In this document: positions 1-14,509 of the stretch, one piece after another
Position numbering within the stretch: the stretch's first letter is position 1
How the letters are laid out: each line of letters starts with the position of its first letter
Source of the DNA: Trichoplax adhaerens
Taxonomy: Eukaryota > Animalia > Placozoa
Direction of reading: 5' to 3'
NCBI RefSeq assembly: GCF_000150275.1
Contig: NW_002060947.1
Location: forward strand, 4,994,267-5,058,266
Length of the DNA: 64,000 nucleotides
The notes under the pieces: model-generated
Database searches by the model: none
The model's input: the letters and a program-made list of their open reading frames with translations, nothing else
What the model was told of the DNA's origin: nothing
Made by a program: the position numbers and the translations under genes

Positions 1-3000
1 CAAAATGCTGGTACGGTGATTAAAGGAACAACTCCAGAGTCGATTCCAAACACGATTATGCTAAAATAGCAAATCAAGCATCCTATAGCGCTAACGATAT
101 TAATACGAGGGCTGGATAATTTAATATGCCTGGAAATTTAGCATACCGATATTAATAATGGCAGATGGTACAGATTTCTTTAACCTTTTACAATAGACTA
201 TGTTGATTATATTTGATATTGATATTTAAACTTCAAACAGATGGTGATGTAAGCTCTATAGTACATAAATTTATATGGATATTAATTTATAATGCTAAAA
301 CGTCGTAACTACAATACCTGTCATGACGATAGTTTAGAGTAAAAGCAATTAAGCCGATGCAGAACAATATTCCTATTCCAGAGAGGATTGTAAACGCTAT
401 TAAGGCTGGAATTGATATAGAAATAGTTTCTGTTTCGATGGAAACATGTGATACCGGTACTCGATCACCTGTTACAAGGAGAGAACGGTACAAATGCGTT
501 GCATTATTTTGAGAGCATTTAAGCAAGTGGTATTTATTCATGAATAGTAAATAGTATATTTACAGTCTTACCTAACCATTGAACTCGCTGATTTGGATCC
601 CATTCAATTGTGTCAAGCTTCCTTTGGTAAATCCCAACTTGTACAGTATAGTTATCACTCTTATTGCCTTAAAGTAAATAAAACAAAGCCAAATTGTAAT
701 TAATATACAGTACGTCTACATAAACATTAATTATAATTATCGGTGCTTAGATAATACTATAAGACTATGTAGTTGTAACACATATAAAAGTTTGAAAAAC
801 ATCGTAGGCAACAGTACTATCAACGAATACCAAAATAAGATATTGCTCGATAATTAAATAAATGTTAGTCTAAGATTATCACTTCGTTATAACTTAGCAT
901 TCTTCAAATTCGACTAACGCTTTAGTAGTTTCAACCTGCTACCGAATGTTTTACTTATGAAAGACACCAAAATAATCGATAAGTAATAAATTATAACTAA
1001 ATAGAATAGGTGAAATGCGGAAAATTATATAGAGTTTGCTCCGTAAAACGGCATGCCAAACATTAACCTAGAATAATTTCTAGACGCAAAACTGTGAAGC
1101 GGTAATTAAAGTGAGTGTGCATTTGGATTTTAATATGTCATGGTACAATATCCTCAGTCATGATCACTTTAGATGCATCCACTATTATCAATTCCTGGTG
1201 TATAGGAGCCGTAATTAAATGACCTATTCGTATTTATTAAGATAAGAGCAATTTTATTATACTTCGGTTAAAATTATGAACAAAATTAATGATAGCGTTT
1301 GTGAGCCGTATTTAGATAGATGGAAGCTTAAATCTATTTGTGTATGGACAAATTCTGATAGTTTTTTTGTTAGCGGGCTATTCTACGAAATATTATTTTC
1401 TAGTTTTACTATAATATACCATATGAAAATAGACTAATTTTAGAGACTTCTGAAAGAAATATTGGAATAGCTTGACATCCTCATAATTGGATACTGGACG
1501 GAAACTTATTACCTGCTATTTACAAGTGCAATGTGCTAGTAAAATAATAACAACGGATATAATTTGCAATGTGAGGAGAATAAAAATCGTTTATTTAATT
1601 TTAAATCCTCCATAAAAATTGTTACTATATACATGCTCAGTATTTGCGACGATTACCGCATCAGAATAGTGGTCGAGTTTCTTCAAGATCGGTGAGCGTG
1701 GTGTCATATTAGTTTATTAGATCATGCTGTATATTGCATTACGTAATATGCTTATTGTAGTGAAGCCCCAAATAAGTTTAAGACTAAAATTATGGAATAC
1801 TGCGAAAATTGATAAATTGTACGCTAGGTTATAAGACTGCAAAAGTTTCTAATTATAGGAGATGTTTACGGAATGTATTGTAGTAATTGTATTGAGATGC
1901 TTATATTAAGATTCAGAGATAATAATGGATAGCTCTAATTATGTTAGTACGGTGAGATTTGTAACGCTTTAATTAGAAGTGCGAATTATGAATTGATAGC
2001 GTGATGGTAAATTTAGATGTGAGTTTTGTAACTTAATTGGTATGATTGTGCTTGAAAGAAAATCATTGTGTAACTAATTATATATAAATTGTGAATATTG
2101 CTGTGATAATTCAGATAGTCCTTGGTAGTTATGAGATGAACCTGATCTTATGTAATAAAGTGAAGTTTACAAGAAACTGTAGTTCGTGTTGTTTTTTGAG
2201 AAGACGCTTTATCACACTCATATAATTGTCTTATCCTCCCCATAACGAAGTTCCTCTTTCGCATACCTGTCGTGCGTCATGAATAAAGGTGAAAAATTAC
2301 AAGAATATCTATTATTACCTAAAAACTGGTAGATGTAGGCGTTAGATTCCCTATCTGCACCATTAAAGTTTATTTGGCCCTGTTAATTGAAAAATTCCGT
2401 TAGCATAATGATTATACTCCTACTGATTATTTTTCGTTTCTCTATAGCCTTGGAAAGTTTACGAAAATTTTGAAAATTTTGAACAAGACAATGTCCCACC
2501 GTAATTCCAACAAAATTAGTTTTATCCAACATCTCGCTTATTATACGCATCTTTCGATTATTTTGATACTTAAGATCTAGTAGAGAGCCACCACTTAACG
2601 TAAGCTGCTGATCTGTTTGATTTAATGCCAGTGCTAGCGTCCAAACGGAGTCATAAACATAGCCTTTTAGATAATCATTCTGAGATATGTTTCGAAATTT
2701 ATGGAAATATTCTTGAAAACCGGCTGCGCTCTTTTCGTATCAAAGGTTTATAAATAAAGGAAATAAAAGAAAAATTACCGTATCCAGCCATGTTGGCAAT
2801 AAGCAAGAATTAAAAGTTACTGAAAGATAGTTCTAATGCTGAATTTTAAGATAATGGTATTTGTTACTCTCTTACTCTGCCGGATATGGTCGTTTTATTA
2901 TTTATTGGATAAAACTGATAAACAGATAAATAATTTTGTATAACTTGGTAGATTTGATTGCTTGAGCAATTTATATCTTTGGCAATATAGTCCATATACC

Positions 3001-6000
3001 AATGTTTTGGATACCATCCTGGAAATACCCAAACATATTTAGGCCCGTAATATTGCTTCTTATAAGCCTATTATTAAAATGATCCGTAATTGGTTAATAA
3101 TTGAGTAACTCCATATGTTTACAGTCTGCTATATTTAATATCATAACGTAAAAAATATTTCGTCGTTAAACAAGATACATTGACCATCTGATAATGATTC
3201 TGAAATGGCAGATTTAGTGAGCAATTCTTTTTAGAACCGTACCAATACATGCTAATTATTGACCGTTGCGAATTTTAAAATTCGTTATTTCAGTTACAGA
3301 AATGATGCTTCAAATTACCTCGCACAGGACGTACGAAATTGCATCTGGCCGTGAAACCACGAACATTATTCTTGCATCCTTATTCTGCAATGAAAGCAAG
3401 ATTTACAGAATTTGATATTTAGATCACGGCCATGGAATTTAATTACCGAGGTTATTCATCAAGCTCAGAAATCAGTATTATTAATAATGTTAAACAATTC
3501 TTCTGTAAGGGAAACTTAATTTGCTCTGGTGTTTTATACGCTTTGTTATATCCTATAGGTGTGTATCATAAAATATTTTAAAAATGCAATTACAGTTACC
3601 TTTAAGTTCTTTATTACATCCTTTGCATCATCAACTATTCCTTCTGCTGTCAATAATGTAATATTTTTAGCTGCAAACCGTTTAGTTAGATCCCTAATAG
3701 ACTATAGCATTGATTATTGGTGAATTAAGTGTATCATTGGTCCTGATCAGAAAACTGTATGGAAATAGCTGTCTATTAAGAAAATACTAACAAGTGTAAG
3801 AGATGGTGAAATTTGGTAAACGATGGACACCTTAGTCCAATTAAAATACTCCGCTATTGCAGCCATGGCTGGATTAAAACTGAGATCTGAAAGTGCTGTG
3901 CGGTAGAAGTAAGGATAATTTTTACGATCATTTAGTAACAACGAAGATGATCCGAAGGAAACCTAAATTACGTCAGAAACAAAATGCAAACAATTTAATT
4001 CAAGTTTATAAATGGCTACAATTACAGCAATCTATTTAATATTCATCACGATACTCAAAATAACAATCCTAAATTTTAATATCCTATGTGCAATACATGA
4101 TTATATTATTTGATAAGCTATTTGTTATGAATTCCTATCGTCGCAGCAATCTATATAATTCATATTTTAATCAATACTATTTTGTTAGTATAAGAAAGTA
4201 TTGGTAAAGTAATTTGAGTTGGTCCGGCCTTTATTTACTAATATTCGACCGATGAACTGATGAATTTAATGGTTGAAAATCTCATGGAGGAGAGTGTGGG
4301 TTAACCTGTAGAAAACTTAGACGTAAAAACCAAGGTCACTCTTATTCTAAATCTAATCTTTATTGCAACTCCAGCCTCTCGAGGACCCGACAAATCCTTA
4401 TATACCTAACTTTTTTTTATCTTATCATACAAGTTACGTATCGTACCGTACAATACAAACGTATTCAATCAATACAACATGGTTTTCTAAGAATATTCAT
4501 GAAGAACTGTTAATGTTCTGTACAGATGTTTATCTGACAAGACTATTTAGAATGATAACAGAATGAATGGTATTTAATCTATTTTTACTAATTTACGAAA
4601 GAGAATCAACTCTGAAGAAGATAAAACCATTAAATTTTACTACTGTATACCGTAAGATTTGATACGCAATTTCTTCTTTAGCAAGTACTACTAGTATTTT
4701 CCAATCAATTAATTTGTTGAAAAAATAAACTTTAAACTATGGCATAAAGTATTCTAAAACCTATCATGTAGCTGCTATGGTAAGCGTAATATCAGCAATG
4801 TATTTCGTTATCAATACAGTCCAGTTGCAATTATTGAGTCCTTCATAAGTATTATAAGCCACTGTAATTGTGGTCTAGGACAGTTTAACGCCGACGATTT
4901 ACCGCTGTACAGTTTAGTAGTTTAGGCGATATACAACATCTACTCAACATTAGTGTACGTGAATGCTATATTTTAACCACAATACACTGTTAATGTATAC
5001 TCTTAATGTGTATGTATGATCTATAATAACATTAACATCGATATAAGATATGACGTACTGAGGGAAGATTTAAAATTTTGTAGCGTTCAATCCTATACAG
5101 CCTAGAACTAATTTAATGCGGTGGAGTATCTACAGCAAATCGTCCGAGCCAGTGCAATTGACGGCAATTCGGCTTATTAATTACCTGATAAAGAGCAAAA
5201 TTCTACTAAAAATTAGTTTCGTCCTCGGTTAATATTATTCTAAATGTTTTCTAGGAATGTTATATGAGACAGCATGTACTAATCTCTAGGCATGCAGAGA
5301 AATTTTAATCATAGAAACTTGTATGAATCTGATGCGTAAGCAATAAGTATCATTAAAAGCTAAAATCCACATTATTTGGCTTATAAATCAATCCTATACT
5401 ATCTTATCCAACGATAGTTACAATCTTATATTTATATATATTTGTACAACTGAAAATAGGCTTCTTTATAATCGCAATTATTAAGTGTAATGATTATGAG
5501 GGCTGTCATAAGTTTTCGTTCTTAGAATAAATCAAGATTAAGGAAGATTTCATTTTAATCCTTAGAATACGTTTACAGAAGAGTTCTAGCAGTCACGGGC
5601 TCAGTAAAGTGTATTTTGTGAAAATAATTATTCTACGAATAGATTTTTGGTTTACTGTAAATGTTATGTGAATAGCTTTCTCGGAATATGAGGCCTTTCA
5701 AAGCTATTTAATTTAACGTCAACTTAGAATACTGACATTTCATTCACTCTTTGTCATTCATTATTAGTATAAGAGCGAATAAATAAAATAAAATTAATCG
5801 CTTTATAGTACTATATTTTACATGTATATGACCATACCATGGCCTGATTCCAATACTTGGAAATAGCGCCAACGTATTCAGCACAACTTGCTCTTATCGG
5901 GCCAACGATTCCGAAAACTTCAGTTGTTTGATTATGAAGCGACGAACGTATGTAAATATTGGCTGCTAGTGCAGGATTAAACTAGTACCAATAGAAAATA

Positions 6001-6810
6001 AAAATGTTAACTGGCGATATGAAGGTAGATAATAGTTCTTATGATGTCACAACGACGTTTTAATCATTATCGTAAAGTTAAATTTTGTGAATTTTATAGG
6101 TTGGCTTAAGTAATGCACTAGATTTTGAACGAACTAATAATTATCGGTTTAATCCATATGCAGATTTTTCGTTGCTAGAATTTTCATTTACAGTGTATAT
6201 GATTTTAAGCATAGAATTAGATATATGCTTAATATTTCTGAAACCTGAAGTTGAAATAACTAAGGTATCATTAATTTTACTGTCGTAACTGTGTCAGGGT
6301 ATATCAAAGGGCTGTAAACTAATAATTGCAATTTTGTAAATATGGTTACCGAACTACATTAGAACATTACAGGATTAGGGTATGGTTAGGCTGATCATTA
6401 TTCCTACATTCATGATTAACCACAAAGTTCTTGACGCACTTCTAAATTTTCGCTCTAATAAAATTTATGTACTAGTATAGCCTCTGTGGCTATCAAATTT
6501 ATCGTAAATAATAAAGCCTAGTCGATAAAACTGCAGTTTATTGTTGACAACTTACTCGAGTAAAACCAATATTAGCCACCAAGTTGTAACCTTTCAATAT
6601 ATGGGGATTAGTATTAATATCTGATACAGCTAACTTTATACTTTCAATTTGATCAATTCCAGTTCTTCCAAAATTGTTGTGTGGCACTAATGCCAATATA
6701 CGTATTGATGGTTTACTAGTTAAATTTCCATCCAAAGATTCCACTAGCATATTACCATCGCTTGCCATTATCAAGCAAAGTACCGTTACAACGTAAACGT
6801 GTAAATTCAT
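1..6810 (-). CDS. GABA-B-receptor-like class C GPCR, paralog 1 (spliced; runs off the window 3' end in TM2-3)
   Basis: GT-AG exons spliced in frame: 6810-6556 (signal peptide, 'LAVSDINTNPHILKGYNL'), 5981-5838, 3962-3792 ('SFGSSSLLLNDRKNYPYFYRT'), 3701-3600, ~3384-3319 ('DARIMF..VLCE'), 3067-2876 ('YGPKYVWVFPGWY'), ~2730-2500 ('YDSVWTLALAL'), ~2380-2319, ~668-572, ~468-318 (TM1), 129-1 ('IKLSSPRIN..GC'). Venus flytrap joins the 7TM without a Cys-rich domain, as in GABA-B. Confidence 0.92.
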
Positions 6811-7212
6811 CTCGATGATATCTTTCTGTAAATACTAGTCTTCTTCCAAATAAGTCAGTTTCACCTGTATCGGAGAATAAGCTTATGCTTGTACAATTAA
6901 TAAAAGTAGATTTACTAAGATGATATTTTGAATCTAATCATATCAAACATAAATAGTCTGGGTTACATTTTGAAATGAAATTCTACGTATTTTTTACGAA
7001 AACATTTTTACCTACCTAAACTATTAAGCCTAATATTCGATTTGCAGTATGAGATAACAAGTTTGCCTGACGCGGTAGCAAAAATTTGAAAGTGTCAGAA
7101 AGCCTGCAAGTAAGGAATTTTATTCATAATCAATCATTCAATTAATGGTTAGAGCCTTAATATATCTAGGTGTATTTAAATGCTTTTAACTTATTTTTAC
7201 AAAGGATGATGC

Positions 7213-7326
7213 NNNNNNNNNNNNNNNNNNNNNNNNNNNNNNNNNNNNNNNNNNNNNNNNNNNNNNNNNNNNNNNNNNNNNNNNNNNNNNNNNNNNNNNN
7301 NNNNNNNNNNNNNNNNNNNNNNNNNN
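7213..7326. other. Assembly gap (N run)
   Basis: 114 Ns. Confidence 0.99.
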
Positions 7327-9539
7327 GTAGAAGCGATATTAAATGGCTGAAACTAAAATTTTACAGTAGTTTAAAAATACGATATATCTTCACCTTTTGA
7401 GAATTTTTATTTGCAAATGTACGCATTGCAACAATAAATATCGTAATGTATTAAGTTAAGAAAAATAATCGAGTAAATTAAATGATTTGATCCAAAGTTG
7501 ACTGTAAATAAAGTAATCATCTAAAATAGGGTCTGATTGTCGTGAACGAATCTGCTATCTTACTATCTATGAAACTAGAACTTTCCTAGGATTATTAATC
7601 AGTGTAGAAGTATCTTACAAAAGAAATGATAAATTTATAGCATAGCCGTAACATTTAATTCAATTACGCATTGATCATATAATGTTCCGCTCGTAATGCT
7701 ATACGTAAGTGAACTGTTATCGCATTGTAAATTTATAATATTAGTTACGTGCAATACTAAATACGTAGGCTGAACTTAAAAGGATTAAGAGGAAAAGTAG
7801 GGCAAGGAAGGTTTGAAAATCTAGTTTCTGCACAAACTGGGTATATTAACTTAAAGATTTAATCTGTCTATTCCGAAAGTGTAATATTTGTGTTCTAGCT
7901 TTCAGCTAGTGAAGATTGCATCAAACTAAAGCTAAATTTTATCATGCGTTGATAATTTTTATCAATGTCGATGTTAACTTCAATACAGACAGTTCGTCGA
8001 TGCTGTGTGGATGCAATCTTGTAGTAAGTGGTAATTGATTAAAAGTCTTAATCTGAAATTTACTTCTTTACGCTTCTAATATGAAAAATTAATTATCAAG
8101 TGCTTATTAGTTTCGCAATATGCTAGATATTAAATGCACATACGTATACCAACTCTTTATACAACATAAGATTATTGAAAAGTTGATCTATAATAGCAAT
8201 CATCCCTTGATGTAAAATTTAGAAATAACGTGGTATACGATAATTCAAATTAATCAGTTAGATTTAGATGATCGGCTTACCTTGTAGCTTCCCCAAATTT
8301 CTGCTCAAAGTATTTGTGCTGGGTATTCGTTCTTAGTGCTAAAATAAATTAAATATCAAATACGGAAATTTTGAAAACTGATTTACTGATCTAGATATGC
8401 CTAGAGATACTTTTAAGCAGCTTTTCGTAATTAATGCTTTTAATGCAGAGGATACGCTTATGTTTTCATAATAATCGATATCTTCACACTCTAATCACTT
8501 TTGCAGGGTTTTGATCTTTTCTATATCTTTGCGTAAATCTTTCAAATGAAGATTATACCCAGAAGAACAGAAAATATTAATTGGATACGCCACTTGCTAT
8601 TCGTTCTATAGATTGCGGTATATTATCGAAATAAAGATTATGTTTTTATTGTCAAGCCATCAGTCATATCATTGATTTTAAATTCAATACAGTAAAGCGT
8701 ACTATAGTTTAAAACAAATTTGTCTTTGCAATTTCATTGATATTAATAATTTAATTAGCTATCCAAACAATAATTTAGCATTATATTTACTTAGAATCCA
8801 GTAATTAAGTAACCCAACTCCTTTGTCTCTATTTAATACGTCGCGGCCTCGTGATAACAAATTCATTCCATCCTAGAAGTGCTTTAAAGTTTTTGTAATT
8901 TATGATACAAGATCATAATATATTTCCAGAAGGTTAACAATAAACAATTAAAGGATATTTTTGTTCATTTTCAATCTACCTCATTTCTCTGATATCGAAA
9001 GAAATTTTTGTCGTATGCTACTCGAAAAGTCGGATACAGTCATTTATGCGACGAATTTTCATTAATGCTTTTGAAATGGTAGTTTTTTATCACAGTAAAT
9101 AGATTTTAAGTAGTTAAAATTTGTCAGAATTTTAATGTACTGATATTAAAATTAAGTCATAACGGGTATATGAATTATTGAAATCCAATCTATTTAAATC
9201 ACGTACATGTAGTTCATTGCTTTGTGTTCATCTACGATCATTACTTGAGATCTCATTATTTTTTCTAATTGCACGTATTGTATATGTCGAGACAGTCCAA
9301 TAACATTTGAACAAATCAGAATAAACAATCAGTAAAGGTCATAAAATTAATTTGAAGTATTCAGATTTAAGAATTATTCAATACCTCATCCAATACTAAC
9401 TAGAGAATTAAAACTGACGTACTATATACTATTATTAGGACATAATTACATTCTTGAGCTCTTGTTATTTGTTGATGTTACTTACTTGTTCGTTATCAAA
9501 TAGCAAGGCCATTTTTATTGACAAACATCACCATCAAGC

Positions 9540-10060
9540 TTATAGCTAACAGTTTCAAGGCAATAAATATTCCACCTTCAAGTTGAATACTATTCTTCAA
9601 TTCCACTCTTTATTATTAGATACATATTAACGAGAATATCTCAACACTAAAATGTTTATTCATACATTCGAGTTGGTGATGACTTAAAATAGGTTTTTAC
9701 GTTAGATGATTCAAAGCTAATTATACAAGGAAATAAATGTCCCCTTTTCAAATAAAATGGTATTCCTCAGCTCCCCTTTACCATAAGATACATATAAAAG
9801 GGCATATTAGAACATAAAAATATTCATACATACATTTGAATAAGTGATAACTTAAAATAGGTGCCTTCACTAGATGATTTGCAACTAATATACAAGGAAA
9901 CAAATATACTCTTTTAAAATTAGATGCTATTCTTTAGCTCCCCCTTCATGATAAGATACATATAAAAGAGCACATCGGAACATTGAAACATCCATACATA
10001 TATTCGAGTAGATAATGAATTAAAATAGTTTTTACGCTAGAGAATTCAAAACTAATTATA
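9540..10060. repeat. Degenerate tandem repeat, ~3 copies of 168 bp
   Basis: AGATACATAT recurs at 9618, 9786 and 9954. Blocks 'cttaaaatag..tagatgatt..tacaaggaaa..cagctcccc' recur at the same spacing. Confidence 0.85.
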
Positions 10061-13000
10061 CTCGTACTTATTTTTGGTCGGATCCTCAATCGATAAAGTC
10101 TAGCGATAGACTAAAGAGTGTGGAAAGATATGAAACTTGAACAACCTATGACGATAAATATTCATTTACATCTGCCTGTCATAGTAAGCAAATATTCATC
10201 CTGCAAGTTGGATAACGACACAACTACACTCATATCTTATCTTGTTATCACTTAAGGTGCCTTAGATAGCACTTTTGGGTGCAGATGAGTTCCGACAAAG
10301 TTCAGAACAACGTTCATAAAATTTGCAGTCAAATACAGTTCATGTAATTACCGGTTATAAGGATTTCATAAATAACAAATTGAGTACTTTCACTACATAG
10401 AATTGATGTATTATAGTACATGCGTATTATAGTCCTGTCAGAATGCAAGACAAGAAGCATCTGGTATATTTAGGTATCATAGCATAAACTATAGGGTACT
10501 TGAGTATTTGCCGTGGTTTTTATATATCAGTGTAAAACCACATAAAAAATATACTACATCGAATGATTTTCATTTTTCCTTCTTTCTTTCTATTTTCTTT
10601 TTATGAATTACTTTATTAAATATAAATTGTTAACAGTATAAGATTGTGATCAATAAAATACTACCTAAACGTGGATAAATAATAGTCAAATTCAGCTACT
10701 ATTATCACGTCTGTTTATCATCTAAAGGCATTCAATCCCTTTCAGTCATATTCTAACTCTAGTAGTAGTAGTTTTATTTAAATTTTTATTTTAAAAATCA
10801 CTATAGACTTCAAGTAATCATCTGTCACGAAGCTGGTTTGTTACATCACCATAGAGTGTAAATTCGAAAATTTTTTATTCGAAATTGTTTTATGTCAGAG
10901 ATAGAAACAAAAACTCTTGCATACCGTATCGCATGTTTAAAACAAAATGGAATAACTCTGTTGATAAATTACAGCAATCCCCAAGAAATCAAATTAATTG
11001 AAAACTACTTGCAAAACCTAAATTATATTAAGCAGTCTGATCAATAAAATAAGCAAAAGAAAAGAAATGGCTTTGCAATTATTTTAGCTATTTGGAGCCA
11101 AGTATTCCAAAATAACAGCTCTGAGTCAAGCTTAAAATTCGTTGTATTTCTTTGCATACTATGGGCATTACTACTTATTTAATTCTCAATAAATCATTAT
11201 TTTCAGTAACCAGAAATAGGATATGATAATGTATGTCTATTTAACCGATTATTGGTAACTTCACTGAGTTTAAATTATAAATAACATAAAAGATAAAAAA
11301 TATAAGCATTAAGAGAATATCGCCGATAAAATACAAACTCAAAGCCACTATATAAAGCTTCAGGCCATACCAAAGGCATATTATTATAATTGCTTTACAG
11401 AGCATTAATTTCATTTTAAAAGCTTCTATCTTCTCTGCTAGGCTATTCCTTGTTATATGATCGAATGCTATACATCATGTTTAGTGACTTTTTCAACTTG
11501 TGTATTAAATATATCGATAGAGAAACTAAGTCTAACCGTAACATATCGCCGAGAAATAGCTGTAAAACTTATCGTAAATGCCAACTAAGAATATACACCA
11601 AGAAAACCTTATACTAAAATGTCTAACATGAATTTATGCGTATTATGTTCATTCCTCGAAGTTAGACATTATGCAAATAGCCTTCAAATCTTTAATTGAT
11701 TACAATTGCTAACACCTGACATCAAGTGCAATGGTAGAATGCCAATTGAGTAATACAATACTAGTTTGTAAAAGCAGCCGTGATTCACAGCATTGCTTAT
11801 TGATCATTACATCGATGCTAAATTCTAGAGAGATTTAAGGAAGATGCATGCAATTTGTAGCATAACTACGGCCGACGTCTCGGACAGCAACCTCGACCCG
11901 GAGACTGAATCCGAAAATCCGAATTTTTAATAAAATCACGTATTCACTAATCAAAAAATTCTTTATGACAACTATTACTACTTTTCTGAAATTATCATTG
12001 GCAGTTGCTGTTTTAGCATGAAGTTGTACGGTAACTGTACGATTATATCGTACAATACAGTACTTTACTTTCATGTTATAAATCTCCCCTCTCTACGGAT
12101 AGGGCTTTGTTACTAAGTCAAATTCATTTATAATCCTAATAGACTATCAAACGCTCTTTCTTTAGATTAGGCAATTGCTTTTAGATTATTTCTATAGTAA
12201 TCTATGCAATACCATGTCAAATAATGAAGAAGAAAAGATGGCAACCTCATGATTTTGCAGGGTAAAACTTAAAGAAACTATCGTTTTCGAGTTATTTTCT
12301 ATAGTAAAGTAATAATAGTTACATACTAAAAGCTATAAAGATGCCATAAAGGACTCTGCTTTTTGTCCTTTACTACACATGTGCAGAATGATTCTAGATA
12401 ATTAGACAACAGTATGTCTATTCATAGAATTATTTATGGTATCACCTATAATTGAATATCTTCAAGATATTAATCACAAGCGTCACAAGACATAACTCTA
12501 TAATCAATTAACATCAGTTACTATATAAGAACTCTTTAGAGTACTATAGTTCAGCATAATTTACTATAAGAAATAACTGCCGTGATTCTTACTATAAGCC
12601 ATTAATAGTTATTACCATATGTAAATGTTAATTCACTAAATTTAGTCATTTAATTCTTCACGGTAGCTCGTACTGTGACAAGTTTGCAGTCAGCATCCAC
12701 ACCTTATAGTCTTGACTAATACTGGAAACTTTTTCATTCTTAACTAAATAGAAATAATGGGTTATAAATGCTAATCTTCGTTAATAATTGAGGAAGTTAC
12801 TCTCTAATATTAAAATCAGAAAGATAGGCTTCAGTGCGAGCTAGAAATTAAATACCCCTGAATTACAATTAATATTGAGAATATGTTTTTTATCCCTATA
12901 TTATTGCAAAATTTTAGGTATCAGTCAGCTGGTGTTCCAATATTAGATTAACTTTGAGTAAAGACCAACAAGGCTTTCAACCTCATAAGAAAATCGTAAT

Positions 13001-14385
13001 TTATTTTATTAACCTTCAAATCAAAGCTTAAATAGATTTAGGTAATTTAAAAGCGGTTTAGTTGTACAAGCCACCTTATCTTCAACTATTAACTAAAAAA
13101 TCATATTAAAGAAATTGCATTTACATAAATTAAAACCATCCAATCCTTTTAAGTGACTGAGTTGACATTAAACTAATTGATTTCTCAATATAGCATGAAA
13201 AATATATTTATTAGCTATCGCACTAGAATATTTCATCTAAATTTAGGTGTTGTACATCCGTTACGAAGAAGAAAATTTTTAATTACTTTAATGGCTTAAC
13301 CTGTAGTTCCAATTTGTAAAATCATGTAAGCTTGTTTGATAACTAACATGCAGATACATATTTTTAGTTTGATACTGTAATCATTGAGAGTAGGTGTCAC
13401 AAAACAGCTTTGCAACAAGATAACGTAATATACGATCAATAAGTCAATTCCTTGAACCACGTATCAAGGAACGATATCTGCACTATCAGAAACACTTTTG
13501 CTATACTAGCAGACTACACAAAGACTTAGACGCCTCGTATTTTACGTTAAACATTAAGTTTGAGAATCCACTTTATTACACGATATACTGCATTTATATA
13601 CTATTCCTCAATAGTTCGTGAGCCATAGTTAATACAATTAACATTGGAATCATTTACTGAATTAGATATTAATTTTAGCTACTGCTCCCTTAATGCAGAC
13701 AACACTATTTACGAACATAGACATGTAATGACTAATACAGAATAGTCAGATTACGATATGTCCCATCACGGAACATTTCCACGATAATTTACAATCTACC
13801 ATAAGTAAATTACAATCACAATGATTCGAACTGTAAGTAGATGATTTGCATTCCCTATTATAACTATTAATTTCAGTATGTGTATAAGTGTCACTGTCAT
13901 AAAAAGTCAGTGCTATATTAAAACACAATATGTCCAAATTAGAAGTTAACTAAATAAGGATAGTCTAACAGAATTATCCTAACACAGATATTTCTACTCA
14001 AATACAGTATTTAACACTGTCACAGTAGGACTTAGGGAACGTAGCTAGCTCAATTCATCCTTATCTTATACTGATCGTCATGAACTTAGCTATGGCTATC
14101 TATCTCTTTGATTGATGTGATAAGTCGGCCATTAGTATTCACAATATGCCGTTAGATAGTAGAACGCTATTGTTACTGTTTCTACTTATAATGGTACCAA
14201 TATCTACAATAAGTTTTAGTTTTATACCATGCGCTAGTGAACTCTTTAAATTGTGTTATAAGAAGGTTTCGAGAAAAATTCATGACATTTTCCAATTTTT
14301 AACAACATTAGAAGCAATTAATATGTTCCTATAAAGCAAGTTCGTCATTGGTATTTTAATCTACCTATCAAAAATTAGGGCCTGC

Positions 14386-14435
14386 NNNNNNNNNNNNNNN
14401 NNNNNNNNNNNNNNNNNNNNNNNNNNNNNNNNNNN
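14386..14435. other. Assembly gap (N run)
   Basis: 50 Ns. Confidence 0.99.
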
Positions 14436-14509
14436 CAATTATAGATCAACAATCCTTAGTATTGTAAGGAGAACTAAGATTATGAATGAAGTAAAATTTT
14501 ATGATCTAA

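Noticed and set aside
6370-6395. Telomere-like TTAGGG remnants
   Set aside because: One perfect unit only, expected by chance.
8270-10150. Minus-strand exon-like fragments or a third receptor remnant
   Set aside because: Isolated splice-like signals, stops in candidate frames and no class C GPCR motifs. The two gaps could still hide sequence.
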